A DNA stretch of 64,000 bases from Alphaproteobacteria bacterium (GCA_963422645.2 CAXXVO010000009.1:256001-320000), one strand, 5' to 3'; counted from the stretch's first letter, positions 10,303 to 23,997 are shown. The notes: generated by a model not told the origin, from the letters alone. Numbers and translations: made by a program.

Positions 10303-11706
10303 TCAGAGCGCGGGCCGCTTGTCTGCCCAGGGGCGCGCCTGCTCGAAGGCACGCGCGGCCTGGAGCACTGTCAGGTCGGCGAAGCGCTTGCCCACGATCT
10401 GCAGCCCGACCGGGAGGCCTCCGTCGGTAAAGCCGCAGGGCACCGAGGCGGCGGGGTTCTGGCTGAAGTTGAAGGGGTAGGAGAATTCGGCCCAACTGAT
10501 CCAGTCCCATGGATGGGACGGCCAGTGCTCCGGTTGCAGCCGCTCGGCCGGGAAGGCCGGCACGGAGACGGCCGGCGTGAGCAGCAGGTCCCAGTCCTCG
10601 AAGAAGCGGTGCACGGCCTCCACGTAAGCCAGCTTGCGCGCCCGCGTCTCGATGTAGGTCGCGCCGGTCATGCCCTCCGCCGCCCGGATGCAGGCGACCA
10701 GGCCGGGGTCCATGCGGTCTTCGAACTCGGCGAGCAGCGGGCGGTAGCCGTGAAGATGGATCGGCCAGAGCAGGCGAATGATCTCCGGCCCCTGCGGGCC
10801 AAAGGGCAGCGCCGGGCTCTCCACCCTGCAGCCGAGCGATTGGAACGCGTCTGCGGCACTCTGCACCAGCGCCGCGACGTCGGGGTCGACGCGGGCGTGC
10901 CCGAGGTCCGGGCTGAAGGCGACCTTGAGGCCCGCGATCCCGTCGTCGAGCCTGGCCGGGTAATCGGCGGGCGGAGCCTCCAGGCTGGTGTGATCCGACG
11001 GGTGAGGGCCGGCCATCGACTTGAGCATCAGGGCGGCGTCGCCCAAGGTGCGGGTCATCGGCCCGACGTGGGAAACCTGATCGTTGTTCTGCACCGGCCA
11101 ATTAGGCACCCGCCCATACGAGGGCTTCAGGCCGAATATGCCGCTGAAGTGCGCGGGCATGCGGATCGAGCCTGCACCGTCCGAGCCCTGGTGCAGCGGC
11201 CCGTAGCCTGCGGCCGCAGCGGCGCCGGCGCCGGCCGAAGAGGCGCCCGTGTTGTAGCCCTCTTTCCAGGGGTTGGAGGTGATGCCTGTGAGCGGGCAGT
11301 GACTCACGCCGGACCAGCCGAATTCGGAGGTGGTGGTCTTGCCGAGGATGATGGCGCCGGCCTCCTCGAGCCGGGGAATCACCGGGGCGTTCGCCTTCGG
11401 CACGTGGCCCTTCAGCGCATGGGAGCCGCGCTGCGTGGGGATTCCGGCGGTCTCTGTCAGGTCCTTGATGGTGACGGGCAGGCCGAAGAGCGCGCCTGCG
11501 GCATCGCCATTCATCAGCGCCGCCTCGGCGCGTCGCGCGGCCTCCCGCGCCCGCTCGGCGGTGAGCGTCGCGAAGGCGTTGACGCGGGGCTCGCAGGCCT
11601 CGATGCGGGCCAGCACGGCGTCGATCAGCTCGACCGGCGAGAGCTCCTTGCGCCGGATCAGAGGCGCAAGCTCGGTGGCTGGCGTGAAGCAGAGATCATC
11701 GGTCAC
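10303..11706 (-). CDS. Amidase-signature family amidase
   Basis: GASSAG, GSDGAGSIRMPA and GLPVGLQ motifs. Confidence 0.92.
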   Translation of the reverse strand: MTDDLCFTPATELAPLIRRKELSPVELIDAVLARIEACEPRVNAFATLTAERAREAARRAEAALMNGDAAGALFGLPVTIKDLTETAGIPTQRGSHALKGHVPKANAPVIPRLEEAGAIILGKTTTSEFGWSGVSHCPLTGITSNPWKEGYNTGASSAGAGAAAAAGYGPLHQGSDGAGSIRMPAHFSGIFGLKPSYGRVPNWPVQNNDQVSHVGPMTRTLGDAALMLKSMAGPHPSDHTSLEAPPADYPARLDDGIAGLKVAFSPDLGHARVDPDVAALVQSAADAFQSLGCRVESPALPFGPQGPEIIRLLWPIHLHGYRPLLAEFEDRMDPGLVACIRAAEGMTGATYIETRARKLAYVEAVHRFFEDWDLLLTPAVSVPAFPAERLQPEHWPSHPWDWISWAEFSYPFNFSQNPAASVPCGFTDGGLPVGLQIVGKRFADLTVLQAARAFEQARPWADKRPAL

Positions 11707-11766
11707 CGGCGACTCCTCGGCGGTCGTGGATTGGGGGGCGGATCATGGCTGGCGCGGGCACCTGTG

Positions 11767-12885
11767 TCATCCCGCCCCGTCGACCAGCGTGTCACGCAGC
11801 AGGTCCTCGTCGAGCTCGGCACCGAGCCCGGGGCGGTCCGGCAACGTCAGCCATCCCTCGTCGTCGGCCTCGATGGTCTCCTTGAGGCAGAAGTCGCGCT
11901 GCGCCGGCACCCAGTCCGGCGGGTCGAAGGGGAACTCCAGATAGGGCGCGCCGCCCGTGCCGATCGTCAGGTGGGCGTTGGCGAGGAGCCCCAGGCCGCT
12001 GCCCCACGTGTGCGGCGTGAACATCAAGCCGGCCCGGTGTGCCGCCGCGGCGATGCGCGCGAGCCCGGTGATGCCGCCGGTGAACACGCAGTCCGGTTGC
12101 AGCACGTCGAGGCAGCCGCGCTCGATCAGCGTGTGAAACTCGTGGGCATCGCGGGTCACTTCGCCGCCGGCGATCCTGACTGCCGTCTCTGCGCGCAGCG
12201 CGGCCATGCCGGCGTAATCGCCCCGATGCAGCGGCTCCTCCATCCAGTAGACGTCGAGTTCGGCAAGCGCGTGCGCCACCTTGCGGGCGGTCGCGAGCTC
12301 CCACGGCGGCGCGGTGTCCCAGGACATGCGCCAGGCCTGGTTGCAATCGACCATCAGGTCGATATCAGGGCCCACCGCGTCGCGCACGGCGGCGGCACGT
12401 CCGATGTCGCGACGCCAGTCCTCGGTGGAAAAGCGCAGCTTGATGGCCCTGAATCCCCGGGCGACGAGCCCTCGCGCCGTCTCGCGGCTCGCGGCCTCGT
12501 CGCGCCTGAGCGCCGTCGAGGCATAGGCCTGCACCCGGTTGTCTGTGCCGCCGAGCAGGCGATAGACGGGCGCGTTCTCGATCTTGCCGCGCAGGTCCCA
12601 AAGCGCGAGGTCGAGCGGCCACCAGCGCCCGTAGTGGAAACAGAGGTTGTCGAGCACGGCGTGGTGGCGCTCGATGTCGCGGGGGTCGCGGCCGAGGAAG
12701 AGGTCCGCGTGCTCGGCGAAGCCCCCCATGGTATCGCCCGCCGCGACGCCCTCCAGCCCCTCATCGGTGCGGACGCGTACGAGGCTGATGGAAAAACTCT
12801 CGCGGGGCCTGCTGTCCCACGAGACCGCCACGGGCGGGTCGAGCGGAATGCGGTGACGCGTGATGTCGATTGCAGCGATTTTCAT
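11767..12885 (-). CDS. Mandelate racemase/muconate lactonizing enzyme family protein
   Basis: KLR, MVDCN, WMEEP, GGE and LQPD enolase-superfamily motifs. Confidence 0.9.
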   Translation of the reverse strand: MKIAAIDITRHRIPLDPPVAVSWDSRPRESFSISLVRVRTDEGLEGVAAGDTMGGFAEHADLFLGRDPRDIERHHAVLDNLCFHYGRWWPLDLALWDLRGKIENAPVYRLLGGTDNRVQAYASTALRRDEAASRETARGLVARGFRAIKLRFSTEDWRRDIGRAAAVRDAVGPDIDLMVDCNQAWRMSWDTAPPWELATARKVAHALAELDVYWMEEPLHRGDYAGMAALRAETAVRIAGGEVTRDAHEFHTLIERGCLDVLQPDCVFTGGITGLARIAAAAHRAGLMFTPHTWGSGLGLLANAHLTIGTGGAPYLEFPFDPPDWVPAQRDFCLKETIEADDEGWLTLPDRPGLGAELDEDLLRDTLVDGAG

Positions 12886-12888
12886 GGG

Positions 12889-13314
12889 CTAAAGGAGGTC
12901 GCGCAGCACGGGAACAAGCGGCGCATCGGCAGGCGGCATCGGGTAGTCGCGGAGCCGCGCGGGCCGCACCCAGCGGAGCTCCTGGCCTTCCTGCGGCGTC
13001 ACGAAGCCCTTCCACACCCGGCAGACGTAGAGCGGCATGAGGAGGTGGAAGTCATCGTAGCCGTGGGAGGCGAAGGCGAGAGGTGCGAGGCAGCTCTGCT
13101 CCGTGTCGATGCCGAGCTCCTCGCGCAGCTCGCGGATCAGCGCGCGCTCCGGCGTCTCGCCGGCCGCGAGCTTGCCGCCGGGGAACTCCCACAGCCCTGC
13201 CATCGCCTTGCCCGGCGGCCTGCGCGCCAGCAGGACGCGGCCGTCGGCATCGACCAGCGCGACCGCAGCCACGAGGACGATCGGCAGCCCCCCTTCAGGA
13301 GCGGTAGTCGGCAT
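12889..13314 (-). CDS. mutT: 8-oxo-dGTP diphosphatase MutT (Nudix)
   Basis: Nudix box GGKLAAGETPERALIRELREELG; downstream of argJ as in alphaproteobacteria. Confidence 0.88.
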   Translation of the reverse strand: MPTTAPEGGLPIVLVAAVALVDADGRVLLARRPPGKAMAGLWEFPGGKLAAGETPERALIRELREELGIDTEQSCLAPLAFASHGYDDFHLLMPLYVCRVWKGFVTPQEGQELRWVRPARLRDYPMPPADAPLVPVLRDLL

Positions 13315-14530
13315 TAATTTCGATATAGCCGCGGGTCAGGTCGCAGGTCCAGACGGTCGCAGAGCCGGAGCCCGCGCCGATCTCGACGGCGAGCTCGACC
13401 TCTTGCCCCTGCATGTGGCGGGCCGCAGCCGGCTCGTCGAATGCGGGATCGGCCACGCCGTCCTTGGCCGCGCGCTCGCCGCCAAGCCAGATCGAGAGCC
13501 GCTCCTGCTCGAAGGGCACGCCGGCCCGGCCGACCACCGCAACAATTCGCCCCCAATTGGGATCCTCGCCGGCGATCGCTGTCTTCACCAAGGGTGAGTT
13601 GGCGATGGCGAGCCCGAGCTTGCGCGCCGCCCCCTCCGACGCCGCGCCGCTTACCGTGATCGAGACCAGCTTTTGGGCCCCCTCCCCGTCCCGCACGATC
13701 TGCTGGGCGAGATCGGCGAGCACGGCTTCGAGGGCGGTTCGGAACCCGTGGAGCCGCGGGTCGCCCGCCTGCGCAATCCGCCGGTGCCGCGCGGCGCCGG
13801 TGGCGAAGAGCAGGCAGGTGTCGTTGGTCGAAGTGTCGCCATCCACCGTGATGGCGTTGAACGAGCGATTCACGCCGCGCCGGACCAGAGGTCCCAGCAC
13901 CGCCGCCGGCAGATTCGCATCGGTGAACACGTAGGCGAGCATGGTGCCCATGTTCGGCGCGATCATGCCGGATCCCTTGGCGATGCCGTTGATGACGACC
14001 GGCACGCCTTCGATCTCGGCCGTGGCCGAGGCGCCCTTGGGGAAGGTATCGGTGGTCATGATCGCGGCTGCGGCCGTGGGCCAGTCGTCGTCTGCGAGGC
14101 GTGCATGAAGCGCCGGCAGCGCCGCAGTCAGCTTTTCCGCCGGCAACTGCTCCCCGATCACGCCGGTCGAGCTGACGAAGACCTCCCGCGCCTGGCACCC
14201 GACCAGCGCGGCGGCCGCATCGGCGGTCCGGCGCACGGCCGCATGGCCCTGCTCCCCGGTCGCTGCGTTGGCATTGCCCGCATTGACCACCAGCGCCCGT
14301 GCGACGCCATCGCCCTCCCCGAGCAGCGCGCGGCACCACAGCACCGGCGGCGCCGCCGTGTGCGAGCGGGTCAGAGTGCCTGCCACCGCCGTCTTCGGCG
14401 CAAAGGACGCGAGCAGAAGATCGGGCCGGCCCTGGTAGCGCAGCCGCGCCTCGGTGGCGGCAAGCCGAACCCCTGGAACGGGCGGCAAGTCGGGGAAGCG
14501 CGCGGGTGCAAGGGGGGATATCGCGGTCAT
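13295..14530 (-). CDS. argJ: Bifunctional ornithine acetyltransferase/N-acetylglutamate synthase
   Basis: [33 protein letters not shown] and NWGRI motifs. Confidence 0.96.
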   Translation of the reverse strand: MTAISPLAPARFPDLPPVPGVRLAATEARLRYQGRPDLLLASFAPKTAVAGTLTRSHTAAPPVLWCRALLGEGDGVARALVVNAGNANAATGEQGHAAVRRTADAAAALVGCQAREVFVSSTGVIGEQLPAEKLTAALPALHARLADDDWPTAAAAIMTTDTFPKGASATAEIEGVPVVINGIAKGSGMIAPNMGTMLAYVFTDANLPAAVLGPLVRRGVNRSFNAITVDGDTSTNDTCLLFATGAARHRRIAQAGDPRLHGFRTALEAVLADLAQQIVRDGEGAQKLVSITVSGAASEGAARKLGLAIANSPLVKTAIAGEDPNWGRIVAVVGRAGVPFEQERLSIWLGGERAAKDGVADPAFDEPAAARHMQGQEVELAVEIGAGSGSATVWTCDLTRGYIEINADYRS

Positions 14531-14685
14531 CGACCTCTCCTGATAACGAGCCGCGCAACCATACAGGCAGAGCCCGAACGAGACGAATACCGCGCGCCGC
14601 GTTGACAGGACCGGAACGCGCGCCTATCTCTCGGTCATTGGCGTCGCTGTGGGCGGCGGCAGACGTCGGCTGTCGGGATGATGCC

Positions 14686-17493
<2,808 letters not shown>

Positions 17494-17550
17494 GCAGCCG
17501 GAGCTCCACCCTCTCCCGGAATTTACTGCCTGCGGAGCGCAGGCAGAGAC

Positions 17551-18159
17551 TCAAATGATGATGCCGCCGAGTAAGCGGCGCCACTTGTTCTCGTGGTCGG
17601 TGCCGAGCACGAGGTCTTGGTCGGCTTCGATCACCGCCCAGTCGCCGCGCGCGATCTCCCCCTCCAACTGCGAGGGCCCCCAGCCGGAATAGCCGAAGAG
17701 CAGCAGGCTGCGGTGCGGCCCCTGGCCAAACGCGATGTCCAGCAGCGCCTCGAGGTTGGTGGTAAGCGCAAACGCGCCGGAGAGGACCCTGGTTCCGCGG
17801 ATCGCGTACTCGGCCGAATGGAGCAGGAAGCCGATTTCCGGCTGGACCGGGCCGCCGTAATGCAGGGTAACGGAGCCGTTGCTCAGCGCGCCCAGGCCCT
17901 CATCGTCGAGATCGATGCCGAGCCGATCGAGAAGTCCCTCGATGGGCCCGGTGCTGACCGGCTTGTTGACGACCAGCCCGAACGCGCCCTTCTCGTCGTG
18001 ATCGACGAGATAGATCACGGTCTCCTGGAAGCGCGGGTCGGGCATGTCCTCGCTCGCGACCAGCACCCGACCGGCCAGCCATGAGTCGGCCTGCGCGGCG
18101 CCGGCGGCGGCGCCCGCGACCAGGAACGCGATCAGGCCGAGGGCTCGCAACAGGCGCAT
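17551..18159 (-). CDS. YqgE/AlgH (UPF0301) family protein with a signal-like N-terminus
   Basis: DPRF..TVIYL, GGPV and GYSGW..QLEGE motifs; start MRLLRALG. Confidence 0.88.
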   Translation of the reverse strand: MRLLRALGLIAFLVAGAAAGAAQADSWLAGRVLVASEDMPDPRFQETVIYLVDHDEKGAFGLVVNKPVSTGPIEGLLDRLGIDLDDEGLGALSNGSVTLHYGGPVQPEIGFLLHSAEYAIRGTRVLSGAFALTTNLEALLDIAFGQGPHRSLLLFGYSGWGPSQLEGEIARGDWAVIEADQDLVLGTDHENKWRRLLGGIII

Positions 18160-18170
18160 GGCTTCGATCC

Positions 18171-18860
18171 TCAGGCGATGCCCAGCAGCGGGGGAAGCTC
18201 CGCGAGCGTCTTGATCTCGGCGTCGGGCGCCTCCGGGATACGCTCCTGCCCCTGGCCGAAGCGGTTGCACCAGGCAACGCGGAAACCGAAGGCGGCAGCG
18301 CCGTTGGCATCCCAGGCGTTGGACGACTGGAAGCTCACCTTGGCCGGCGGCACGCCGAGCCGATCCACCACCAGTTGGTAGACTGAAGGATGAGGTTTGA
18401 AGATGCCGACCTCCTCGACTGAGAGGACGGCGTCGAGACTATCGCCGATCCCCGCCGCCTCGACCGCCGATTCGAGCATCCCCGGCTCTCCGTTGGAGAG
18501 AATGGCGGTCCTCAGCCCCTGCGCCCTCAGCGTTGCCAGCGTTTCCGTCACTTCCGGGTAAGCGTCCAGGGTGCGGTAGGCCTCCATCAGCTGGGCGCGA
18601 AGCGCGTCGTCCTCGATACCGAGCTCCCCCATGGAGAAGTCGAGCGCGTCGCCGGTAACTTGCCAGAACCCCGTGTAGCGGCCCATCAGGCTGCGCAGCC
18701 AAGTGTACTGGAGCTGCTTGTGGCGCCAGAGCTCGGCGAGCGGCGCGGCCCTGTCGCCGAGCGCCGCAACGTGGCGCCCGGCCGCTGCGTTGTAGTCGAA
18801 GAGCGTGCCGTAAGCGTCGAAAACGCAGACCGCGATATCACCGAAGCGCGGATGGGCCAT
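18171..18860 (-). CDS. Haloacid dehalogenase type II (L-2-haloacid dehalogenase-like)
   Basis: FDAYGTLFD, QLQYTWL, LSNG, FKP and SSNAWD motifs. Confidence 0.92.
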   Translation of the reverse strand: MAHPRFGDIAVCVFDAYGTLFDYNAAAGRHVAALGDRAAPLAELWRHKQLQYTWLRSLMGRYTGFWQVTGDALDFSMGELGIEDDALRAQLMEAYRTLDAYPEVTETLATLRAQGLRTAILSNGEPGMLESAVEAAGIGDSLDAVLSVEEVGIFKPHPSVYQLVVDRLGVPPAKVSFQSSNAWDANGAAAFGFRVAWCNRFGQGQERIPEAPDAEIKTLAELPPLLGIA

Positions 18861-18962
18861 GCCCCTCCTCCTCCCGATGCCGGCAGAGTGTGCCGGGGCG
18901 CTGCGACAGCAATCGGGCCGGCGGCCGCGGCCGCCGCGTGTTCTTTCGCCCGCGACCCCGGT

Positions 18963-19181
18963 CTACTTGTGGCGGAAGATGATACGGCCCTTCGACAGGT
19001 CGTAGGGCGTCATCTCGACATCGACCCGGTCGCCGACGAGCACGCGGATGCGAAACTTGCGCATCTTGCCCGCCGGGCGCGCGATGATCTCGTGGCCGTT
19101 GTCGAGCGCCACGCGGAACATCGTGTCCGGCAGCTTCTCGCGAACCGTGCCGGAAAACTCGAGCAAGTCCTCTTTGACCAT
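18963..19181 (-). CDS. infA: Translation initiation factor IF-1
   Basis: 72 aa, MVKEDLLEF...[30 protein letters not shown]. Confidence 0.96.
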   Translation of the reverse strand: MVKEDLLEFSGTVREKLPDTMFRVALDNGHEIIARPAGKMRKFRIRVLVGDRVDVEMTPYDLSKGRIIFRHK

Positions 19182-19480
19182 GGGCGAAGGCGCCGCTTCT
19201 CTATTCAAAGGACGACGCAGCCGATCGCGGGACAATTGTGCCGCGCCATGGGCCGCCGGGCCCGGGTTGTCGCATAGCGCGGCCGCTTTGTGAAGCGCGT
19301 TTCGGGCGGCTCGCGGAAGCAAGCGCTTGTCGTAAGGAAAATAACACCCGCTGCACGGTTGGCAGGCGAGGCCATGATGCTATTGTTGCGCCGCGCGAAA
19401 GGCGGCCGAACGTGGTTCTTGCAGACCTGCTCGACTGCCGCTCGCGGGTCGAAGCGAACTCATCGGAGCGGACTCGTCGG

Positions 19481-20575
19481 ATGGCGCAGGTACGCCTCAC
19501 CGGACTGACCAAGAGCTACGGTTCGGTGCACGCGCTTCGCGGCGTCGACCTGGAGGTCGACGACGGCGAGTTCTTCGTGCTCTTCGGGCCGAGCGCGGCC
19601 GGAAAGACGACGACGCTGCGGGTCATCGCCGGCCTCGAGAGGCCGGACGGTGGGTCGTTGACCGTGGACGGGCACGACATGACCGGCGTGCCCGTCAAGC
19701 ATCGCGACACGGCGATGGTTTTTCAGAGCTTCGCCCTTTACCCCCACATGACGACCTTCCAGAACCTCGCGTATCCGCTGCGCGAGATGAAGATGCGACG
19801 CGCCGAGATCGACGCGCACGTGCGCGAGACCGCGGAGCTGCTGCGCATCACCCACACGCTCGACCGCAAGCCGGCATCGCTCAGCGGCGGCGAGCAGCAG
19901 CGGCTCGCCATCGGGCGCGCCATCATCCGCCGCCCGCGGCTCTTCCTCTTCGACGAGCCGCTCACCAACCTCGATGCCAAGCTCCGCCACGACATGCGCG
20001 CCGAGTTCAAGCGGCTGCACCGGGAGCTCGGCACCACCACGATTTACGCGACGCCAGATCAGCTGGAGGCGCTCGGCATCGGCGAGCGCATCGCCGTGAT
20101 CCAGCACGGGCAGATCACCCAGGTCGATACCCCCGACCGGCTCTATGCCAAGCCCATCGACCGCCACGTCGCCTCGCTGATCGGCGACCCGCCCATCAAT
20201 CTGGTCAAGGGCACACTCAAGCCGGGTGGGAACGCCGGTCCAACCATCGAGCTGCCGTTCATGGAGTTGGATGGCAGCGTCTGGGGCGAGAGGCTGCAGG
20301 CGCTCGACCCGGGAACCGAGCTCCTGGTCGGCATCAGGCCCCACGACCTCTCGCTGGTCGACAGCGGCGGCGACGGCGTGGCGGCAACGATCGAGATCAC
20401 CGAGCCGCAGGGCGACATCACGATACTCGACCTTTCGGCGGCCGGCGTACCGCTCCGCATGGTGGTGGCGGAAGCGACCGGCGCCCGCTATACAGCCGGC
20501 GACAACGTGCGCATCGCGCTTGCCGGCGCGGATACACGGCTTTTCCTGAGCGACTCCGGCACCATGGTGGCATAG
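19481..20575 (+). CDS. ABC transporter ATP-binding protein (MalK-like)
   Basis: GPSAAGKT, LSGGEQQR and DEPLTNLD motifs; start MAQVRL. Confidence 0.93.
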   Translation: MAQVRLTGLTKSYGSVHALRGVDLEVDDGEFFVLFGPSAAGKTTTLRVIAGLERPDGGSLTVDGHDMTGVPVKHRDTAMVFQSFALYPHMTTFQNLAYPLREMKMRRAEIDAHVRETAELLRITHTLDRKPASLSGGEQQRLAIGRAIIRRPRLFLFDEPLTNLDAKLRHDMRAEFKRLHRELGTTTIYATPDQLEALGIGERIAVIQHGQITQVDTPDRLYAKPIDRHVASLIGDPPINLVKGTLKPGGNAGPTIELPFMELDGSVWGERLQALDPGTELLVGIRPHDLSLVDSGGDGVAATIEITEPQGDITILDLSAAGVPLRMVVAEATGARYTAGDNVRIALAGADTRLFLSDSGTMVA

Positions 20576-20665
20576 GATGCGGCGCGCCCGCCGGAGCGGC
20601 CGGCCGACACGATCGACGGCAGGCACCGCCGCGCATCGCGAGTAGACCCAGTGAGGGAGACAAGC

Positions 20666-22099
20666 ATGAGACTCATGACGAAGGGCAAGGCGGCACTGCT
20701 CGCCGGCGCGGTGGCGCTGGTCGGCTCTGCCATGTGGGGAGGCCCCGCAAAATCCGAGGAAATCACCATCAACATGGCCGCGCCAGACTGGCCGCCGACC
20801 CGCATCATGCAGGACATGGCGAACGCCAGCTACATGGCGCCGAGCGGCAACGAAGTGAAGCTCGTGATCGACTTCATCCCGTGGCCCGATTACTACACGC
20901 GGCTCGCGGCCTCGCTGACCTCGGGCGAGGAGAAGTACCAGATGGCCGTCAGCGACAGCCAGTGGCTGGGCGCCAACATCGAGGGCGGCTACTACATGAA
21001 GATCAACGAGTTCATCGATGCCGACCCCGGTCTGCAGGCGGTGTTCGAGGATCTGCATCCCAACCTGGTCGCGTCCTATTCCACCTATCCGCATCGCACG
21101 GAAAACTATTACGGCTTCCCGCAGATGCCGGACGTGCTGGTGGTCTATTACCGCGAGGACCTGTTCTGCCACGAAGGCGAGATGGCCGCGTTCAAGGAGA
21201 TGTACGGCTACGACCTGCCCTGCTCGCCCGAGGAACACAACGAAGTCCATTGGAATCAGGTGGCCGACTTCGGCGAGTTCTTCCGCCGGGGTTCCGGTGA
21301 CTCACTGGGCGGCGAGACCCTGAACGACGACTTCTACGGGATCGCCTACCAGGCCGGTAAGGGCTACGACTTCTCCAGCATGCAGATCAACGGCTTCATC
21401 TGGCAGTACGGTGGCAGCATCTGGGACGAGACCATGGAGCCCGAGGGCCAGGCGCTCGGCGTCGTGAACTCCGACACCGCCGTCCAGGCGTTCGAGCATT
21501 ATCTCTCGATGACCCAGCACATGCCGCCCGTGGTCCAGACCGGCACCATGGACATCTTCAAGGTCGACGAGCTGTTCCGCGAGGGCAAGGTCGCCTGGAT
21601 CATCCAGTGGATCGGCTTCGGCGAGTCGGCGATTTCGCCGGATACCTCGAAGGTCCATGACAAGGTCAACTTCGCCAAGATGCCGGGCCTGCTCGTGGGC
21701 GACGAGATCGTGCGCTGGTCCAACATCGGCGGGCAGCCCTTCGTGCTGACCACCTGGAACAGCGACACGGTGGTCCAGGAGTCGCTCGACTTCTGCAAGT
21801 GGTGGCTCTCCACCCCGGTCCAGCACGAGTTCGCCTCGCGCGGCGGGCAGAGCGGTTTGAAGAGCGTCTACACCACGCCCGAGTACATGGAGTACCGGCC
21901 GTGGAACCACGCCTTCGGCCCGAGCCTCGACTGGCAGAGGGACGTCTGGCACATCCCCGAGTTCTTCGAGCTGCTGGTGCAGCAGCAGGAGGAATTCGAC
22001 AAGGCGATTACCGGCCAGATCTCCGCCAAGGAGGCTCTGGACAACATCGCCGTGTTCCAGGATGACCTCCTGCGCGAAGCAGGGCGCATCGAGGACTAG
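20666..22099 (+). CDS. Carbohydrate-type ABC substrate-binding protein
   Basis: Signal peptide; SBP family 1-like sequence; operon context. Confidence 0.88.
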   Translation: MRLMTKGKAALLAGAVALVGSAMWGGPAKSEEITINMAAPDWPPTRIMQDMANASYMAPSGNEVKLVIDFIPWPDYYTRLAASLTSGEEKYQMAVSDSQWLGANIEGGYYMKINEFIDADPGLQAVFEDLHPNLVASYSTYPHRTENYYGFPQMPDVLVVYYREDLFCHEGEMAAFKEMYGYDLPCSPEEHNEVHWNQVADFGEFFRRGSGDSLGGETLNDDFYGIAYQAGKGYDFSSMQINGFIWQYGGSIWDETMEPEGQALGVVNSDTAVQAFEHYLSMTQHMPPVVQTGTMDIFKVDELFREGKVAWIIQWIGFGESAISPDTSKVHDKVNFAKMPGLLVGDEIVRWSNIGGQPFVLTTWNSDTVVQESLDFCKWWLSTPVQHEFASRGGQSGLKSVYTTPEYMEYRPWNHAFGPSLDWQRDVWHIPEFFELLVQQQEEFDKAITGQISAKEALDNIAVFQDDLLREAGRIED

Positions 22100-22116
22100 T
22101 TGATCGAGGCGGTATC

Positions 22117-22150
22117 GGGGGCGGCTCCGCATCAGGGGCCGCCCCCTTTC
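22117..22150 (+). terminator. Intercistronic GC hairpin after the SBP gene (terminator or mRNA stabiliser)
   Basis: GGGGGCGGCTCC...GGGGCCGCCCCC followed by TTTC. Confidence 0.65.
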
Positions 22151-22196
22151 CTTCTCACCGATTGCCCCAAACAATGCATTGACCGGCCCCTGAGTC

Positions 22197-23117
22197 ATGG
22201 CCGCACCCACCTATCACGCCGAGCACGGCACGCTCCTGGAGCGCTTCTTCGAGCGCAACCGCGGGCCGCTTCTGGTCGCGCCGGCGCTCGCCGTGCTGTT
22301 CATCATGAACCTATTTCCGCTGCTCTGGTCGTTCGGCCTGAGCTTCTATCGGTATCGCGCGAACCGCATCAAAGAGCCCGAATTCGTTTGGTTTAAGAAT
22401 TACCAGAAGGTGCTGACCGACCCGGTGGTCTGGGAGCGCTACCAGACGACGGCCATCGTGGTCGCGGTCGACGTGCTGTTGCAGCTCGTGGTGGGCTTCC
22501 TGCTGGCGCTCCTCTTCGAGAAGACCTTCCCCGGCCGCCGCGTGCTCCTGATGTTGGTGCTGACACCGATGATGCTGAGCTTCGTCGCGGTCGGCGCGTT
22601 CTTTCGCTACTACTACGAGCCGACCTTCGGGCTGCTGAGCCAGGCGATCAAGTCGATCACCGGCGAGCCCTTCATCCTGCTGGGCTCCGAGGTGGGCGCG
22701 CTCGCCGGCATCATCTTCGCCGACGTCTGGATGTGGTCGCCCTTCGTGATGCTGCTGGTGCTCGCCGGCCTCGTCAGCGTGCCGAAGCATCTCTACGAGG
22801 CCGCCGAGATCGACCGCGCCTCCTGGTGGCGGCGCTTCTGGACGATCACCTTCCCCTACATCCGGGGCCTGCTGCTGCTGGCGATCCTCTTCCGCACCAT
22901 CGAGGCGTTCAAGCTCTTCGACATCGTGTTCCTGATCACCGAGGGCGGGCCGGGCACCTCGACGGAGACCATCGCGGTCTACGTCTATCGGGTGGCCTTC
23001 CAGTACTTCAAGACGAGCCAATCGGCGGCGCTCGGCTATATCCTGCTCTTCGTGGTCATCGTGCTGACCAACCTCTATCTCTTCTTCGTCAGACGACGGG
23101 CGGAAGAGGACGCTTAG
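22197..23117 (+). CDS. ABC permease (MalF-like)
   Basis: Transmembrane segments; EAA motif YEAAEID. Confidence 0.93.
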   Translation: MAAPTYHAEHGTLLERFFERNRGPLLVAPALAVLFIMNLFPLLWSFGLSFYRYRANRIKEPEFVWFKNYQKVLTDPVVWERYQTTAIVVAVDVLLQLVVGFLLALLFEKTFPGRRVLLMLVLTPMMLSFVAVGAFFRYYYEPTFGLLSQAIKSITGEPFILLGSEVGALAGIIFADVWMWSPFVMLLVLAGLVSVPKHLYEAAEIDRASWWRRFWTITFPYIRGLLLLAILFRTIEAFKLFDIVFLITEGGPGTSTETIAVYVYRVAFQYFKTSQSAALGYILLFVVIVLTNLYLFFVRRRAEEDA

Positions 23118-23120
23118 GCC

Positions 23121-23990
23121 ATGGCCCGTAGACGACGTGAAATAGGCAAGGCAGGCTGGCGCCGGACCGCGGTCTCGACGGTGATCAGCTTCATCTACTT
23201 CTTCCCGGTGCTGTGGATCATCCTGACCGCGTTCAAGAGCCACACGGACGCCCTCTCCACCCCGCCCAAGTTCATCTTCACGCCGACGCTGGAGAATTTT
23301 TCCAACGTCTTCTCCCGCGCCTACGAGCGCGGCGGCGCGGAGGTGGACACCGGCTTCGCTCTCTTCTTCTTCAATAGCGTCTTCATCGCGGGCGCCTCGG
23401 TCGCGGTCGCGCTGATCATCGGCACGGTCGCGGCCTACGGCTTCTCGCGCTGGCCGCTCAAGGGCAACGAGACCTACCTCTTCATCATCCTCACGACCCG
23501 GATGCTGCCGCCGATCATCGTCATCATCCCGATCTTCATCATGTTCCGGGTGAGCGGGCTGTCGGGCAGCTACATCGGCATCATCCTGCTTTACGCCGCC
23601 TTCAACCTGCCCTTCACCATCTGGATGATGAAGAGCTTCTTCGACGAAATACCGCGCGAGGTGGAAGACGCGGCGCGAATGGACGGCAGCTCGGAGATGA
23701 AGATCTTCTTCCGAATATGCCTGCCGCAGGTGAAGGCCGGCATCGCGGCGACCGCCGTCTTCGGCCTGATCCTGACCTGGAACGAGTTCCTCTTCGCTCT
23801 GCTGCTCACCGGGCGTGACACGCGAACGGTGCCGGTCGCCATGGCGCAGACCATCGGCGGCGATATCGGCGTGCGCTGGGGGCTGCTGGCGGCGATCGAG
23901 ACGCTCTTCCTGATCCCTGTGGTGTTCGTGACCTTCCTGCTGCAGAACCAGCTGCTGCGCGGCGTCACCTTCGGCACCATCAGGCGGTAG
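23121..23990 (+). CDS. ABC permease (MalG-like)
   Basis: EDAARMDG and WNEFLFAL motifs. Confidence 0.93.
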   Translation: MARRRREIGKAGWRRTAVSTVISFIYFFPVLWIILTAFKSHTDALSTPPKFIFTPTLENFSNVFSRAYERGGAEVDTGFALFFFNSVFIAGASVAVALIIGTVAAYGFSRWPLKGNETYLFIILTTRMLPPIIVIIPIFIMFRVSGLSGSYIGIILLYAAFNLPFTIWMMKSFFDEIPREVEDAARMDGSSEMKIFFRICLPQVKAGIAATAVFGLILTWNEFLFALLLTGRDTRTVPVAMAQTIGGDIGVRWGLLAAIETLFLIPVVFVTFLLQNQLLRGVTFGTIRR

Positions 23991-23997
23991 CGGGCCC

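Noticed and set aside
10201-13317. 1038-aa plus-strand ORF, and similar long ORFs such as 3379-6102, 22311-24233 and 45959-47716
   Set aside because: Antisense shadows of real genes, expected at high GC; no motifs
14299-14685. N-terminal extensions on SecA, and likewise on Rph, ModC, HemW, TnpC and InfA
   Set aside because: Artefacts of longest-ORF calling; homology, RBS position and gene overlaps point to downstream starts
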